Assembly: GCA_030604905.1 (NCBI GenBank)
Contig: JAUVVA010000002.1
Span: forward strand, 8,641 to 72,640
Reading direction: 5' to 3'
Length of the DNA: 64,000 nt
Source: Verrucomicrobiota bacterium
Lineage (GTDB): Bacteria > Verrucomicrobiota > Verrucomicrobiia > Opitutales > Opitutaceae
Shown piece after piece: positions 62,486 through 64,000 of this stretch. Each line of letters opens with the position of its first letter. Position 1 is the stretch's first letter. The translations under genes and the position numbers were made by a program. The notes beneath the pieces are model-generated. The model searched no databases. It saw only the letters and a list, made by a program, of their open reading frames with translations, and had not been told where the DNA came from.

Positions 62486-63235
62486 ATGAACATCGGCCTC
62501 TACCAAAGCGCGTCCGCCCTCGGGGCCTTGGAGCGTTGGCAGGATGCCGTGGCGCAGAACATCACCTCGAGCCAGGTGACCGGTTTCAAGCGCCGCGTCG
62601 TGCAGGTCGCCGCCCAGGCGCGGGGCGAGTTGCTGGTCGATCCCGCCGCCCGCCCCGACCGCGGCGAGGGCAGCCCCGCCCTGTATCCGCAGACTCGCTA
62701 CGGGATCACTTTTCAATCCGGCGAGAGCACCCCGACTCGCCGCGAGCTCGATCTCGCCCTTTCCGGCGACGGCTTCTTCACCGTGCGCATGCCGGACGAC
62801 ACGCTCGCCTACACGCGCAACGGAGAGTTTCGCCTCAACGCCGAGCGTGTGCTCGTCAACAGCCAGGGCCTCGAGGTGCTTTCCGATTTCGGCAACCCCA
62901 TCCAGCTCCTCCCGCAGGGCGGCCCGCCCATCGTCACCGACGACGGCCTCGTCCGCCAAGGCGAGGTGGTGCTCGGCCGCCTCGGCATCGCCGCCGCCGG
63001 CTCGCCGGAGCGTCTCGTGCCGCTGGCCGGCGGCCTCTTCCTCGCCGACGAGTCGGCGCGCATGGAGCCGGTTGAGCGCCCGGTCGTGCAGCAAGGCTAC
63101 CTCGAGGGGAGCAACGTCGCCCCGCTCCGCGAGATGGTGGACCTCGTCAACATCGCCCGCGCCTACGAGGCCAACCAGCGCCTGATCCAGAGCCGCGACA
63201 AACTCCTCGAGCGCATGCTCGAGACCTTCTCCTAG
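62486..63235 (+). CDS. flgF: Flagellar rod protein FlgF
   Basis: 'DLALSGDGFF', 'YTRNGEF' and 'LEGSNV…RAYEAN'; precedes flgG. Confidence 0.88.
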   Translation: MNIGLYQSASALGALERWQDAVAQNITSSQVTGFKRRVVQVAAQARGELLVDPAARPDRGEGSPALYPQTRYGITFQSGESTPTRRELDLALSGDGFFTVRMPDDTLAYTRNGEFRLNAERVLVNSQGLEVLSDFGNPIQLLPQGGPPIVTDDGLVRQGEVVLGRLGIAAAGSPERLVPLAGGLFLADESARMEPVERPVVQQGYLEGSNVAPLREMVDLVNIARAYEANQRLIQSRDKLLERMLETFS

Positions 63236-63259
63236 CCCCGACCGCCCCCAGCCACTCGC

Positions 63260-64000
63260 ATGAACCTCTCGCTCTACTCCGCCGCCACGGGCATGGAAGC
63301 CCAGCAGCTCAACCTCAACACGATCGCCAACAACCTCGCGAACGTGAACACCCCGGGCTTCAAGCGCAGCACGATCGGCTTCCAGGACCTCCTTTACCAA
63401 AAGCCCCGCAACGCCGGCGCCGAAAACGGTGGCGGCAATCTCCTCCCCACCGGCATCGAGGTGGGCAACGGTTCGCGCGTCGCCTCGACCTCCAAGGTCT
63501 TCACCCAAGGCCAGCTCACCAACACCGGCGAGCGCCTCGACCTCGCGCTCCAGGGCGACGGTTTTTTCGAGGTGCAACGGCCCGACGGCAGCACCGCCTA
63601 CACCCGCGACGGCACTTTTAAGCTCAACGCGGCCGGCCAGGTCGTCACCTCCGAGGGCCTGCCCGTCTTGTCCGGATTCCAGCCCGTGCCCCCCGGCACC
63701 ACCGCGATCAACATCGCCGAGAACGGCGAGGTCACCTACCAGAGCGCCGGCGGCAGCCAGAGCTTCCGCCTCACGCTGACGCGCTTCGCCAACCCCGCCG
63801 GCCTGCAGAGCCTTGGCAGCAATCTGCACGCCGCCACCGGCGCGAGCGGCACGCCCGAGACCGGCCAGCCCGGCGAGGAAGGCTTCGCGAGCGTGATGCA
63901 GGGCTACGTCGAGACCTCCAACGTCAACATCGTCGAGGAGATGGTCGCGCTCATCGTCGCCCAGCGCGCCTACGAGGTGAACAGCAAGTCGATCCAGACC
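63260..64000 (+). CDS. flgG: Distal rod protein FlgG (3' truncated by the window end)
   Basis: MNLSLYSAATGMEAQQLNLNTIANNLANVNTPGFKRS…FQDLLYQ…SNVNIVEEMV…AQRAYEVNSKSI. Confidence 0.95.
   Translation, partial: MNLSLYSAATGMEAQQLNLNTIANNLANVNTPGFKRSTIGFQDLLYQKPRNAGAENGGGNLLPTGIEVGNGSRVASTSKVFTQGQLTNTGERLDLALQGDGFFEVQRPDGSTAYTRDGTFKLNAAGQVVTSEGLPVLSGFQPVPPGTTAINIAENGEVTYQSAGGSQSFRLTLTRFANPAGLQSLGSNLHAATGASGTPETGQPGEEGFASVMQGYVETSNVNIVEEMVALIVAQRAYEVNSKSIQT

Noticed and set aside
1-64000. tRNA, rRNA, transposase, integrase or phage genes
   Set aside because: None were recognisable.

Overview
Very GC-rich bacterial DNA. The gene repertoire, repeats and C-rich SD-less starts suggest Verrucomicrobiota/Opitutaceae (inference). 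Left part (1-19.5 kb): an exported redox-type operon (DUF4159-like protein with CCCC, UshA-like CGC domain fused to a tetraheme cytochrome c, thioredoxin), kup, menB, and a Moco operon (moaE-moeA-vapBC-moaC-mog-MOSC-mobA). The Moco operon contains a partial tandem duplication carrying an extra TPR-like gene. ABC-2 permeases, ParA, ThpR and an MCP follow. Middle (19.6-38 kb): a ~1644-aa multidomain glycosyltransferase plus a degenerate GT41/OGT-like protein, two HDOD proteins, a PAS hybrid kinase and cheW/A/D/B/R with a degenerate REC-HD-GYP protein. Right (38-64 kb): a flagellar cluster, flgB to flgG, interrupted by abgT and a MITE. Most notable: (i) a readable two-tier regulon of five sigma54 promoters (four with a clear GGCAR-N3-TTGCC enhancer-like dyad, all nearly leaderless, one inside fliK) and five sigma28-like promoters, which ties the giant glycosyltransferase operon to the flagellum; (ii) the glyco 'assembly line' with a ParB/Srx-like plus nucleotidyltransferase-like tail; (iii) two alleles of a variable gene slot frozen side by side; (iv) REP-like and short-period repeats that invade coding frames. 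All family calls are by eye from motifs; no database searches were run.
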